Origin: Candidatus Latescibacterota bacterium
GTDB lineage: Bacteria; Latescibacterota; UBA2968
Length of the DNA stretch: 43,847 nt
Direction: 5' to 3'
NCBI GenBank assembly: GCA_038279365.1
Contig: JAYODI010000018.1
Span: 24,680 to 68,526 of the forward strand
Position 1 is the stretch's first letter; each line of letters begins with the position of its first letter. This document shows positions 20,360 to 30,581 of the stretch, in pieces. Both the position numbers and the translations under genes were made by a program. Below the pieces are notes generated by a model. The model was not told where the DNA came from and ran no database searches. It saw only the letters and a list, made by a program, of their open reading frames with translations.

Positions 20360-20488
20360 TAATCAACGAAACTGCGAAACTGCAAAACTGCGAATCAACG
20401 AATCAACGAATCAACGAAACTAAGAATCAAAACCTATTCGCCTATTCGCCCATTCGCCCATTCGCCCATTCGCCCATTCGCCTATTCA
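20360..20488. repeat. 8-mer modular inverted-repeat element
   Basis: CGAAACTG x3, CGAATCAA x3, then YATTCGCC x6 (20435-20482), which overlaps the kef stop codon. Confidence 0.9.
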
Positions 20489-22344
20489 TCCGGCCGCCTC
20501 ACCTTATCCCACGCATGATCCTCTTGCGCCCCAAAGTCTTTTTCATCTCGCCGCATCAATGTTTCCAATTGTGACATCCGTTCTCTCACCCCCGCAGCAT
20601 ATGCTTCTCGATCATCACGCAAAGTAAACATCTTTTCATGAGTCTCTTGTTCGTGCTGTTTAAATTGTTTGGCCACACGATGCGCTTCATAAGCCCGAAA
20701 ACCCAACACCTTAAGTGCCTCAACACCCATACTCAATGCACTATCAAATGTCTCTCTAAACACATGATCCACACCAATATGCCGCAACTCATATGCATGA
20801 TCCAAACTGTCTGCTCGCGCCAATACTTTTAAGTGTGGAAAGTGGCGTTGAACTTCTTCTGCTATCACATTGGCTTTTTCAGGTTCATCAATCGCCAAAA
20901 TCAACACCTTGGCCTATTCTATGCCCGCCGAATGTAACAAGTCCAACCGCCCAGCATCACCATAAAACACCTTCAATCCAAAATGCCGCAACGTCTCAAT
21001 CTGCTCAGCGTCCAAATCCAACACGGTCGTTCCAATACCTTGCGCCTTCAACAACCGCCCCACCACATTGCCAAATCGGCCAAATCCGGCAATAATCACC
21101 TCGTTTTCTTCATCCATTGCGTCCATCTCGCGTTTGGGTCCAGTAGATGCAAACCGAGGTTGAACCAATTTTTCATTAATGATCATCAACAACGGCGCAA
21201 TCAGCATCGACAACGCCACCACCACAATCATCACATTGGCCAAATCAGGTGGCAAAACTTGATTTTGAGTGGCAAAGGAAAACAACACAAATCCAAACTC
21301 ACCCGCTTCTGCCAATGCAAAAGAAAACAAGAAATTTTGAGAAGTCGGCAATTTAAAAACCATACCCAACACAAACAAAATGACAAACTTCAAAACCACT
21401 AACCCACCCACCAAACCCGCAATCGTGCCCGGTTGCTCACCAAACAAATTGAAATCAATACTCGCCCCAACAGCAATAAAAAACAGCCCCAACAGCAACC
21501 CCTTAAACGGCTCCACATTCGACTCCAACTCATGGCGATATTCACTGTCTGCCAACACCACACCCGCTACAAAAGTGCCCAATGCGGGTGACAAACCACA
21601 CGCCGACATCGCAAGCGCAATACCAATGACCAACAACAATGCCGTGGCCGTAAACGCCTCGCGTAAACGCGTCCCCGCAATAAATCGAAACACGGGCCGC
21701 ATCAACACCCGCCCCACCACCACGATGCCTGCAACCAATGCAATGACCACCAAACCCTGTTGCCAACCCGGCAAATGCGCAATCAAGCTGCCGTGGCCAT
21801 CATCGTGCCCACCCACAGCATCACCCATAGCCAACAAGGGGAAAATGGCCAACATAGGAATCACGGCAATGTCTTGAAACAACAGCACGGCAAAACTGCT
21901 TTGCCCACCTTCTGTTTTCATCAATCCTTTTTCATTTAAACTTTGCAACACAATGGCCGTAGACGACAACGACAGCGTCATACCCAGTGCCAACCCCATT
22001 TGCCAAGTTTGCCCAAATGCGATCGCAATCCCCCCAATGACCACCATTGTCACACCCACTTGTAACCCACCCATGCCCAAAATAGGCCCTCGCAACCGCC
22101 ACAACAATGCAGGTTGCAATTCCAACCCAATTAAAAACAGCATCATGACCACACCAAATTCAGCAAAATGCATCACATCTTGGCCTTCTTCACCCACCAA
22201 CCCCAACACAAATGGCCCAATCACAATGCCTGCAATCAAATACCCCAACACAGAACCCAAACCAATACGCTTGGCAATAGGCACCGAAATCACCGCAGCC
22301 ATCAAATACACAAACGCCTGAAAAAAGAATCCACCCTCATGCAT
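20482..22344 (-). pseudogene. kefB: Glutathione-regulated K+ efflux antiporter KefB/KefC (CPA2 + KTN), interrupted by an in-frame TAG at 20914-20916
   Basis: Track ORFs 20914..22344 and 20482..20907 are in one frame: ...DLLHSAGIE*AKVLILAIDEPE...; AEFGVVMMLFLIGLEL, GFGRFG and RETFDSAL motifs. kefB vs kefC and pseudogene status are both uncertain. Confidence 0.75.
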
Positions 22345-22948
22345 GGCTGCCTCCTTCGTGCACCACGTCGTTCAAATACACTTTGTCTTGCCACTGTTCA
22401 GGTGTTAAATCATCATCACGTAATTTCGCAATTACGTTTTGGTAGACACGTGCATAATCGTCAATTTCATCTTCCGAAAGTTTTTGTACGCCATGAACCA
22501 CAAACGGAGGCAAATAAAGCATTTTACACAACCATGCGGTTTGTTCAAAAGGCTGTAACAATTCAGGAATGGTAAAATGATTATATCCCTCATGGCAATA
22601 GGCCTCTTCCCCTCCCCCTGTCGTAATCACCGTCAACAACCATTTATCCTTTAATGCCGTGCCTTCCTGCCCATAAGCAAACCCATGCTCCAAAACCAAG
22701 TCTTGCCATTCCTTGAGCAAGGCTGGGCTACTATACCAATAAAAAGGATGATGAAAAACAATCACATCGTGGTCCAGCAACAATTGCTGTTCTTCAGCTA
22801 CCTGAATATTAAAGTCTGGATACAATTCATACAAATCTCGAAACGTCACCCCATCCAAATGCTGTATAACTTCTACCAATTTTCGATTGACCCGCGACTT
22901 TTGAAATGCCGGATGAGCAAACAAAATCAAAACCTTTTTATGCGCCAT
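22337..22948 (-). CDS. kefG: KefF/KefG ancillary NAD(P)H oxidoreductase (flavodoxin_2)
   Basis: FAHP...SRVN, DLYELYPDF, PFYWYSSPALLKEWQD, TTGG; lies directly upstream of kefB. Confidence 0.88.
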   Translation of the reverse strand: MAHKKVLILFAHPAFQKSRVNRKLVEVIQHLDGVTFRDLYELYPDFNIQVAEEQQLLLDHDVIVFHHPFYWYSSPALLKEWQDLVLEHGFAYGQEGTALKDKWLLTVITTGGGEEAYCHEGYNHFTIPELLQPFEQTAWLCKMLYLPPFVVHGVQKLSEDEIDDYARVYQNVIAKLRDDDLTPEQWQDKVYLNDVVHEGGSHA

Positions 22949-22970
22949 ACCCACCTCTCAAAAAAAGAAT

Positions 22971-23684
22971 CTATGAATCAAAGTCTTTCAATTGCATACC
23001 CACCTCTAAATCTCGCCGTTCATGCACATCCACATGTCGCGCCAACCCACGCATGGCCAAAAACATCACCCATATCGAAACCCCAGCCCAAATAAACGCA
23101 ATCGGATAAGCCAAAATAGGCAGCCCCCAATACTGTGCCAAAATACCCGCATCGGTGCGTTCTGTTTGCATCCACAAATCTGTTCGAAAGTCTTCCAAAC
23201 TATACAAACACAACATCACCCCCATCCAGGAGGCCAACAACAATGACCAATTTTCCAATTGCAACGAAATTACTATTAATACCAAACCGCATCCCACACC
23301 AAACCAAAAATCCATGCCCCAAAATGGCGTATACATAACAGCCAACACCACTTGCAACACACCGATCAAGCCCAACACAACACGTTGCACCCCACCCCAG
23401 CGCCCACAATAAATCAACAAGGCCCCCATACAAGCCGCCCCCACATACCCTGCCGAGCTAATAATGGGCCTTATCCCACCACGGCTAATCACATGCCCAG
23501 ACTCATTCCACCGCACCCGCAACTCAGCCACTTCACCACCAGTGGCAAGCGTTGCCACCGCATGTCCCATTTCGTGCATCCAAACCACAAACACCCGAAA
23601 GGGTTTCACAAACGGCGTATCCCACAGTGCCAAAGCAACAACGGCAAGCAAAATATGAAGCCAAAAAACCTTTATGACACGCAT
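22971..23684 (-). CDS. M50B-like membrane metallopeptidase
   Basis: HEMGH (HExxH), SAGY, TDA motif, several TM helices; ATG at 23684. Confidence 0.85.
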   Translation of the reverse strand: MRVIKVFWLHILLAVVALALWDTPFVKPFRVFVVWMHEMGHAVATLATGGEVAELRVRWNESGHVISRGGIRPIISSAGYVGAACMGALLIYCGRWGGVQRVVLGLIGVLQVVLAVMYTPFWGMDFWFGVGCGLVLIVISLQLENWSLLLASWMGVMLCLYSLEDFRTDLWMQTERTDAGILAQYWGLPILAYPIAFIWAGVSIWVMFLAMRGLARHVDVHERRDLEVGMQLKDFDS

Positions 23685-23855
23685 AAAGCATCTCACCCCA
23701 AAAATAAAAAAAACGACCGCCCTCAAAGTATATGCACAATAAAAATTTTTCACACAAGCCAAATAAATATTGCCAGAAACAAAACATATATGGTACATTA
23801 TCCACCAGCGAAGAAACACGTCTTCCAAACCACCTACTTTATATTTGAGGCTCCT

Positions 23856-24509
23856 ATGAATACGCGCATATGTGTCTTTTTTTTGTGTCTTTTTTTGATG
23901 CAACCCTTTCCAGCTCGGTCACAAGATCAGCTCTCGTGTGACGAATTGGGAGAACTGAGTGACGCATTAAGCGAGCTGACAGATTGGGTCACCAGCGAAG
24001 GTGAAAAAATAGAAGAAGGCAGTGAAACAGACAAAGCTTTGGGCAAACTCATTCAAGCCCTGAAGCGCGTGGCCAAAATGGAAAAAAATGACCGCTTGGA
24101 CACGGCAATCAAAGCACTCCACGAAGCGTGGAAAGACGAAGATGGACAATGGGAGCAATTTCCTGCCACAATGGCCATTACCACTTATGAGTTTGACCGT
24201 ATTTATTACAATGCAGAATGCGAAAAAAACGCCGACAAAGAATACACAACGGCCGAATTATCCGATCTGGCATACACCCTTCGCCAAATAAATGGGGCCA
24301 TTGAATCAGAGGTCAAAATTATAGACGGAGGCCACCTCGACTTGGCATTTGAAAACCTCTTAGATGACCTCAAAGAACTGGTTGATGCCAGTGAAAACGA
24401 AGACTTGAAAAAACAAGTCAAAACCTTGCAAAAAGCTTGGAAAGATATGGATTGGGAAAAATTTGCAGAAATATGTGACGGTGTCGCCGACGCCGTTGAA
24501 GAATTGTAA
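23856..24509 (+). CDS. Secreted acidic helical protein with an internal duplication
   Basis: GAGG RBS, signal peptide MNTRICVFFLCLFLMQPFPARS, two approx. 90-aa repeats ending AWKD..W..F. Confidence 0.75.
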   Translation: MNTRICVFFLCLFLMQPFPARSQDQLSCDELGELSDALSELTDWVTSEGEKIEEGSETDKALGKLIQALKRVAKMEKNDRLDTAIKALHEAWKDEDGQWEQFPATMAITTYEFDRIYYNAECEKNADKEYTTAELSDLAYTLRQINGAIESEVKIIDGGHLDLAFENLLDDLKELVDASENEDLKKQVKTLQKAWKDMDWEKFAEICDGVADAVEEL

Positions 24510-24518
24510 ATTTCCTCT

Positions 24519-24565
24519 CACAAAAAAGGCGGTTCATTCTTAGCGAATGAGCCGCCTTTTTTGTG
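24519..24565. terminator. Bidirectional terminator
   Basis: CACAAAAAAGGCGGTTCATTC...GAATGAGCCGCCTTTTTTGTG between convergent genes. Confidence 0.9.
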
Positions 24566-24583
24566 TACCCATTGATGCCATCA

Positions 24584-26302
24584 TCAAACATTTCGCCCCA
24601 TAGACAATCCCTCTTGTTCCCGCCACAAAAACAAAATCTGTCGCGATCTGCGCAAATACCGTTCGTAGGCTTTATTAAAGCCCGTTCGCTTGCCACTGGG
24701 TGTTTTGCCATTGGGCAATGCATTGCATTTGCCACGCGCCTGTGAAATGGTATGGCTGCGGTTTTGCACCGCAATGGTCATCACCCGATACGTTTCCTCA
24801 CCATCAACGGGTGTCACCTGCATCGACCAAACCGATATATTGCCATTTTTACAATTCTTCGCATATGAACCCACACAATGGTGCATCGCCCGTCCTTCTG
24901 CCGACAATTCGCGCGTATCCAATATCTCTGTAATGGTCCACCTTGCCAAAGCAATGCCATACTTATTCGTTTGAGTCCAATCCAAAGGTTTAATATGAGA
25001 CGGTGCCCACACACGCGAAGGCAACCGGTCCCGACGATTTAACCCACGATGCCACATCTCCATTTGCTGTAACAACTTATCCATACTGCGTGCTTTAATC
25101 GCAAAATTCGGTTGCTCGGGTGGTAAAACAACCGTTTCACCATCCACCACTTCTTCACGGGGCTCATATTTCTGATTTTGGATATAATCCACAATTGGTC
25201 CCACCTCATCGGGGTCGAGCATTGGGTTGTTGACAAAAAAATGGATCACCGTATGCCAAAAGTCTTCATGCTCAAATGACATACCCAATCGCGTAGCATT
25301 AATCGCTCGAACCAAAGGCTCCTCGCCACCCAAACCTAAAACTTGCCCCCATCGAAACGCCTCATAAATCGTATAATCATCGGGTGCATGCAAAAACAAA
25401 TGCGCCATCTTCTTTGTAAGTGTTAGTGGTATATCCGCCTTGCGAATATTGCCACCCGTGCCCACATCTACAAACCACCTTTGTTGTGGGTAGGCATCCT
25501 GATCCACGCTCAAAAACCAAGCCACGTCCATAAATGTAGGCACCTCATATTTCACCAACAAATGACGCGCCAATGACCCAAACTGCTTGCGTGCATTGTG
25601 AGAATCGGGCCGCCACTCAGAAGGGTCACGCAACCAATGTTTGTGCCAACCGGCCAACGCACCCAATCCTTCAATAAACGTATTCCCATCTTGTGTGCCC
25701 AAACGGCTCAGTGCCGGTTTTACATCAAACAAATCGCCTCGTTTTTCCACCTGTAGCAACAGTTGCAACAACGCTTGTTTGGCTCGCCTGTCACGCCCCA
25801 AACCATCAAAGGCCACTTGTATTTTTTGCAAATGAGGTCGATTCAATTCTTCTTCAGACAAATGGCCTTCATAAATTGCATGAAGAGTATCTTGAGGGCG
25901 TCGGGTATGATTTTTCATCTTTGCCAACACCGCTTCACTTTGCAAACGCTCGGCCAACTCACGTTCTTTTTTGCGCTGTGCGTCACTCTTTTGAATGCCC
26001 GCACTCATACCTTGAGAAGAACACCACACCGTATAATCATCAACCGTCTTGAGTCCCAATAACGCAATATGACGCATCAACTCCTGATGGGCCAATTCCT
26101 GCTCCATCGCCTGATCGGCTATTTTGCGCTCTTGCCGACGCTCTTGCCAACTCTTGTTTGTTGCCCCATTAAACCCATGATCACGACACCAAGATTGATA
26201 TTGGCTCAACGTCTTCAATCCCAAAGACTGAATATGCGCATCCAAATCGGCATTGGCCTTGCCTGCCGCCCCTCGGTGTCGACCTTTTTTGCGTATTGCC
26301 AT
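24584..26302 (-). CDS. PcfJ-like domain protein
   Basis: C-terminal EL.AEGRAMHHCVGSY...SVWSM...TIAV...I.QARGKCN motif; GAGGT RBS before ATG 26302. Confidence 0.8.
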   Translation of the reverse strand: MAIRKKGRHRGAAGKANADLDAHIQSLGLKTLSQYQSWCRDHGFNGATNKSWQERRQERKIADQAMEQELAHQELMRHIALLGLKTVDDYTVWCSSQGMSAGIQKSDAQRKKERELAERLQSEAVLAKMKNHTRRPQDTLHAIYEGHLSEEELNRPHLQKIQVAFDGLGRDRRAKQALLQLLLQVEKRGDLFDVKPALSRLGTQDGNTFIEGLGALAGWHKHWLRDPSEWRPDSHNARKQFGSLARHLLVKYEVPTFMDVAWFLSVDQDAYPQQRWFVDVGTGGNIRKADIPLTLTKKMAHLFLHAPDDYTIYEAFRWGQVLGLGGEEPLVRAINATRLGMSFEHEDFWHTVIHFFVNNPMLDPDEVGPIVDYIQNQKYEPREEVVDGETVVLPPEQPNFAIKARSMDKLLQQMEMWHRGLNRRDRLPSRVWAPSHIKPLDWTQTNKYGIALARWTITEILDTRELSAEGRAMHHCVGSYAKNCKNGNISVWSMQVTPVDGEETYRVMTIAVQNRSHTISQARGKCNALPNGKTPSGKRTGFNKAYERYLRRSRQILFLWREQEGLSMGRNV

Positions 26303-26615
26303 ACCGACCTCAACAGATTCAAAAATCTTTGGATTCACCCAATCGCATCATGATGATAACAGATACCAAACAGCGGGTCAATTCGACTTTCATCCCCTCC
26401 TTACAACCCACAGGATATTTTTAGACAAAAAACTTGCTCGTAACCTATCATACTTTGATTGTTTAGCAACTATGTAACACCCCCGTGGATGCACCTTGTC
26501 ACATATACCTTCTCCAAAAACAATGAACCACAACTGGACAGCATGATTCATAATCGCTATATTTGATGTCTGATAAATTCCTATTCTCCAATCAACATGT
26601 AAGGAATCTTTAGCC

Positions 26616-27464
26616 ATGAGCGACGTTCTCAAACCCAAACCCTTTCCAGCCCTCACACCTGCCCAACGCTTACACATTGAAATTTATGGTTATGTGATCA
26701 TCGAAAATTTGCTCACCCCAAGTGAAGTAAACACCATCAAAGACACGCTTTATAGCATAGAAGACAACTTTCGGCGCACAGGTGAAATGCCAGGACCAAA
26801 TTGTTTTAACACCAGCACCACAGAACACTTCTTTCGCATAGACAACTTACCCCACTTGGCACCTTGTTTTTTCGACTACGTTACCCACCCACACATTGTG
26901 GGCATGGCCGAAGAAATTATTGGTGGCCCCGCGCGCCTCCAACAATCCGATGCCCACATTCGCCGCCCCGTACCCGAAGAAAATCGCAAATACGGTTTTC
27001 ACCGAGGCATCAACCCGGCCTATCATCACTACGACAAGGGCCTATATCACTTTTCCTTTATCAAAGCCCTCACCAACCTCACCGACCTTGGGCCCGACGA
27101 CGGCGGCACAACGGTCATTGCAGGCACCCACAAAGTGCCCACCGATGTGCCCCAAGAAGACATCATCAACGCCGCCTTAGAAGACCCCTCAATGATTCAC
27201 CAAGTAGAAGCACCCGCAGGATCAACGCTGCTCTTTTACGAATCACTCATTCACGCGGCTGGCATCATCAAATCCGATAAAGATCGCCTGCTCATTCTCG
27301 GCGGTTACATGCCCACCATGTTCCAAGCCTGGATGGGGTATGATCACGATCCCGATTTTGTTAAAACACTCTCCGATGAACACCGCGCGCTCTTAACAGG
27401 CGAAAACAAATTCCGCTGGCCACGCAATTCGCGTGATCTGGGAATGCCTGCACAAGAGGTGTAA
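26616..27464 (+). CDS. Phytanoyl-CoA dioxygenase (PhyH) family protein
   Basis: YGYVIIENLL, FHRG, DDGGT.VIAGTHK, PAGS.LLF.ESL.H. Confidence 0.85.
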   Translation: MSDVLKPKPFPALTPAQRLHIEIYGYVIIENLLTPSEVNTIKDTLYSIEDNFRRTGEMPGPNCFNTSTTEHFFRIDNLPHLAPCFFDYVTHPHIVGMAEEIIGGPARLQQSDAHIRRPVPEENRKYGFHRGINPAYHHYDKGLYHFSFIKALTNLTDLGPDDGGTTVIAGTHKVPTDVPQEDIINAALEDPSMIHQVEAPAGSTLLFYESLIHAAGIIKSDKDRLLILGGYMPTMFQAWMGYDHDPDFVKTLSDEHRALLTGENKFRWPRNSRDLGMPAQEV

Positions 27465-27468
27465 TCTC

Positions 27469-27511
27469 ACAAAAATACCCGCCGAACAAATTGTTCGGCG
27501 GGTATTTTTGT
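27469..27511. terminator. Intrinsic terminator (long perfect inverted repeat)
   Basis: ACAAAAATACCCGCCGAACAA-A-TTGTTCGGCGGGTATTTTTGT. Confidence 0.9.
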
Positions 27512-27602
27512 ATCTACTCATCACTGGACATTGTGAAACGCAACGGTTATCTTTATGTGTTCTTCCATTCAAACTCACATTAAATAATACGGGAACCATA
27601 CA

Positions 27603-28541
27603 ATGCCCGAAACACAAAATGTTCAAATAGACGACATCACCCTACAACTGGGCCGTCCAGTTATCAGCAATCAAAATTGGATTGGCCAGACCGACGTCTT
27701 ATATCAGCTTTTGGCCTGTTGGTTGGTGGTTCACGAAGCAGATTTACCACTGTCGCCACGTCTCATTGGCCCACCGGGTATTGGCAAAACCACACTGGCT
27801 ATGGCCGCAGCCAAAGAACGTGGGCAATCGCTTTACATCTATCAGTGCACCAGCGATACGCGCCCCGAAGACTTACTGGTCACACCCGTGCTCGCCGAAT
27901 CGGGCAAAATTGCCTATCATGCCTCACCCCTTGTCACCGCCATGATCACGGGCGGCATTTGTATTTTGGATGAAGGCAACCGCATGAACGAAAAAAGCTG
28001 GGCATCATTGGCCCCCTTGCTCGATCATAGGCGATACATCGAATCGGTCGTAGCAGGCATCACGGTTCCGGCACACAAAGATTTTCGGTGCTGCGTCACC
28101 ATGAACGACGACGAATCCACCTACGAAATTCCCGACTACATCCTCTCACGCCTACAACCCACGCTCCAAATTGGGTTTCCCAATCGCCAAGACGAAATGG
28201 CCATATTGCGCTATCACTTGCCCTTTGTAGAAGACGACATGCTCACCCTCACCGTCGACTTTCTCCAACGCGCCCACGATCTCAACCTCGAGTTTTCACC
28301 ACGCGATGGCATTCATATTTTGCAATATGCACTCAAGCGCTTGGCTCAAGATCGCGAACACCCCCTTCACAAAGACCAAGCCTGGGCCGAATCGCTCGAA
28401 TGTGTCTTGGGCGAAGAAGCCCTCGACCTCGAACAATTGGCCGAACAACGCCAACGTGCCTTGGGGGGCGAAATGCCAGGCATGAACCTCGGCGATTTTT
28501 TCTTTGGCATAGACGATCCACTCAACCCCGATAAAGAGTAA
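27603..28541 (+). CDS. MoxR-family AAA+ ATPase
   Basis: Walker A GPPGIGKT, Walker B ILDEGNR, TMN sensor 1, SRL arginine finger. Confidence 0.9.
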   Translation: MPETQNVQIDDITLQLGRPVISNQNWIGQTDVLYQLLACWLVVHEADLPLSPRLIGPPGIGKTTLAMAAAKERGQSLYIYQCTSDTRPEDLLVTPVLAESGKIAYHASPLVTAMITGGICILDEGNRMNEKSWASLAPLLDHRRYIESVVAGITVPAHKDFRCCVTMNDDESTYEIPDYILSRLQPTLQIGFPNRQDEMAILRYHLPFVEDDMLTLTVDFLQRAHDLNLEFSPRDGIHILQYALKRLAQDREHPLHKDQAWAESLECVLGEEALDLEQLAEQRQRALGGEMPGMNLGDFFFGIDDPLNPDKE

Positions 28542-28550
28542 CTTTAAAAC

Positions 28551-28630
28551 AGTCACAGGTCGCAAGTCTGCAAGTCAAAACCTAAGTTGAATTGAGACCT
28601 GCAGACCTGCAGACCTGCAGACCTGAGACA
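28551..28630. repeat. GACCTGC-family inverted-arm element
   Basis: AGTCACAGGTCGCAAGTCTGCAAGTC left arm; (AGACCTGC)x3 plus AGACCTGA right arm. Confidence 0.8.
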
Positions 28631-28635
28631 ACCTC

Positions 28636-30474
28636 ATGGACATATTTGCATTAGGCCCCAAAATCACCCTCTTACCCGTGCTTCATGGCAGCGGTGACTT
28701 TGCCCTCGAAATACGGCGTCGCTTGCTCACCAACAACTACGATTGCTTGGCCGTGCCTTTGCCACCCGCTTTTGAAGAAAGTGTAGAGCTAGGCATCACA
28801 CACTTGCCTGCCATCACATTGGCAGCCCAACGAGAAGGTGGGCTTGATGGGGACCCCACCGCATATACCGTCGTACCCATAGACCCCTGCCAGCCCGTTA
28901 TCTCGGGCATTCGTACGGCCATAGAACACAACATAGATCGCGCCTATATCGATCTTGAAGTGCAAACCTTTGAACCCAAAGCCAGCGTATTACCCGACCC
29001 TTATGCACTCAAAGAAGTATCACTCGAAAAATTTGCAACAGCCATACTCACCGGCCTGCCCAAACCCGACCCCAACAGCCAACAAATGGCCCGCATCCGG
29101 TATATGGCCTATCAACTCCATCGCCTCGAACTCGACTACGACCACATTTGTTGCATCTGTGCGATCACAGACTGGCCGTGGATACGCGATGCCTATCAAG
29201 ACCGCGCACCTTATACACAACCCAATCCTCCCGTTTTCCCAGCCGAGATATTTCGCCCCACACAAGAAACGCTCTTCTTTTTACTCGGCGAACTGCCATT
29301 TATCACACACCTTTACGAACACCGTCGTGCCGAACTTTTGCCCGATGAAACACTGGCCATCGACGGCATCAAATCGCTCTTAATAGAAGCGCGAAACGCG
29401 TGGCTCAAACAACACGACCTCAAACAACACTGGCTCACGCCCCAAACCTTTTCATTGCTACTCAAATATGTACGCAACCTCACCCTCTTAGACCGTCGCC
29501 TCACACCCGATCTTTATACGCTCACATTGGCCGCCAAACAAATTGCAGGCGACGAATTTGCCATTTCATTGATCGAAACCGCACGCCAATACCCCCCCCA
29601 ACGCATCCCAACCACTTTGCCAGATTTGCGCATAGGCATCGACATAGCTGAGTTTCCAACCGGTGATGCCTCCTGGAAAAATCGCCTGCTGGGCACAGAA
29701 ATCACATGGCGTACCTTACCCTTAAAACCCGCGCCACCAAAAGAAAAAAAACAATCCTGGAAAATGCAATGGGACCCCTATCAACAATGCTCACACCCAC
29801 CCGAAGACGACAAAATCGAATCTTTTAATTCCCATGTGCGCGAACAAGCCAAACGCCTGCTCGGCGAAGACTTGGCCCGAACCGAAAAATTCACGTCATC
29901 TCTTAAAGATGGTCTTGATATGCGCGAAACTTTGCGCAATTGGCACACAGGTGATTTGTATGTAAAAGAAATTCCCCCATCACGTGGCACCATCGAAATT
30001 GCCGTTTTGCTCTTTGACAGCCCCTCAGACCCCAACAAATACCCGTGGCACACCACGTGGTATGCCGAACATGAGCAAGAATCAACCCTTTGTTTTTATG
30101 CCACCAACTTTTCAGACAACATCATAGGCCCAGGTATTGGACAAGCCATTTATGGGGGGTGCATGCTCATCTTTCCACCACGCCCCATTCCCGATATTTG
30201 GACAGATCCACGCCTCTCTTTTGCCCAAACACCCGAAGAACACCTCGTATCGGCGGCACTTTTGCACTCCAAAGAAAAACGCATTCTGGTTGTCTCCCCC
30301 CATCCACCATTGACACGCTGGCGGCGCATTGCCAAAAAATACAAACGACAAATGGTTCACCTGCCCTTAAAGCGTTTCTCCCTCCAAACCATTGATCGCC
30401 TTCGCCACTTTCACGTGCTCAATGGCAAAGATGTCCGCTCCTATGCCGCAAAATATATACGTGATTTTCGGTAG
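28636..30474 (+). CDS. MoxR-associated hypothetical protein
   Basis: 612-aa ORF following MoxR; contains GLDMRETLRN, like the motif preceding CoxE-type vWA domains. Confidence 0.8.
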   Translation: MDIFALGPKITLLPVLHGSGDFALEIRRRLLTNNYDCLAVPLPPAFEESVELGITHLPAITLAAQREGGLDGDPTAYTVVPIDPCQPVISGIRTAIEHNIDRAYIDLEVQTFEPKASVLPDPYALKEVSLEKFATAILTGLPKPDPNSQQMARIRYMAYQLHRLELDYDHICCICAITDWPWIRDAYQDRAPYTQPNPPVFPAEIFRPTQETLFFLLGELPFITHLYEHRRAELLPDETLAIDGIKSLLIEARNAWLKQHDLKQHWLTPQTFSLLLKYVRNLTLLDRRLTPDLYTLTLAAKQIAGDEFAISLIETARQYPPQRIPTTLPDLRIGIDIAEFPTGDASWKNRLLGTEITWRTLPLKPAPPKEKKQSWKMQWDPYQQCSHPPEDDKIESFNSHVREQAKRLLGEDLARTEKFTSSLKDGLDMRETLRNWHTGDLYVKEIPPSRGTIEIAVLLFDSPSDPNKYPWHTTWYAEHEQESTLCFYATNFSDNIIGPGIGQAIYGGCMLIFPPRPIPDIWTDPRLSFAQTPEEHLVSAALLHSKEKRILVVSPHPPLTRWRRIAKKYKRQMVHLPLKRFSLQTIDRLRHFHVLNGKDVRSYAAKYIRDFR

Positions 30475-30482
30475 ATAAATAA

Positions 30483-30581
30483 GCCCAAAAAAATTATATC
30501 GAAAGTGAAACACGTGGCCAATCTATCATTGCCGCAATGGCAGAAGGCATTGTTATGCACCGAAAAGATGGTCGACTTTAG
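30483..30581 (+). pseudogene. Short remnant resembling the start of a PAS domain
   Basis: 30501-30581 reads ESETRGQSIIAAMAEGIVMHRKDGRL*; no start codon upstream of this segment. Confidence 0.45.

Noticed and set aside
19620-20423. 267-aa plus-strand ORF and similar His/Gln/Pro-rich ORFs
   Set aside because: Antisense to clear genes (here creatininase); a product of strand bias
20914-20916. Pyrrolysine or genome-wide TAG recoding
   Set aside because: The site is not catalytic, no pyl genes are in the window, and TAG ends several intact genes
23352-23903. Long overlapping N-terminal extensions of the M50 and secreted-protein ORFs
   Set aside because: RBS-supported starts at 23684 (-) and 23856 (+) remove the overlap
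24584-26302. Prophage or conjugative element around the PcfJ-like gene
   Set aside because: No integrase, relaxase, structural genes or att-like repeats nearby
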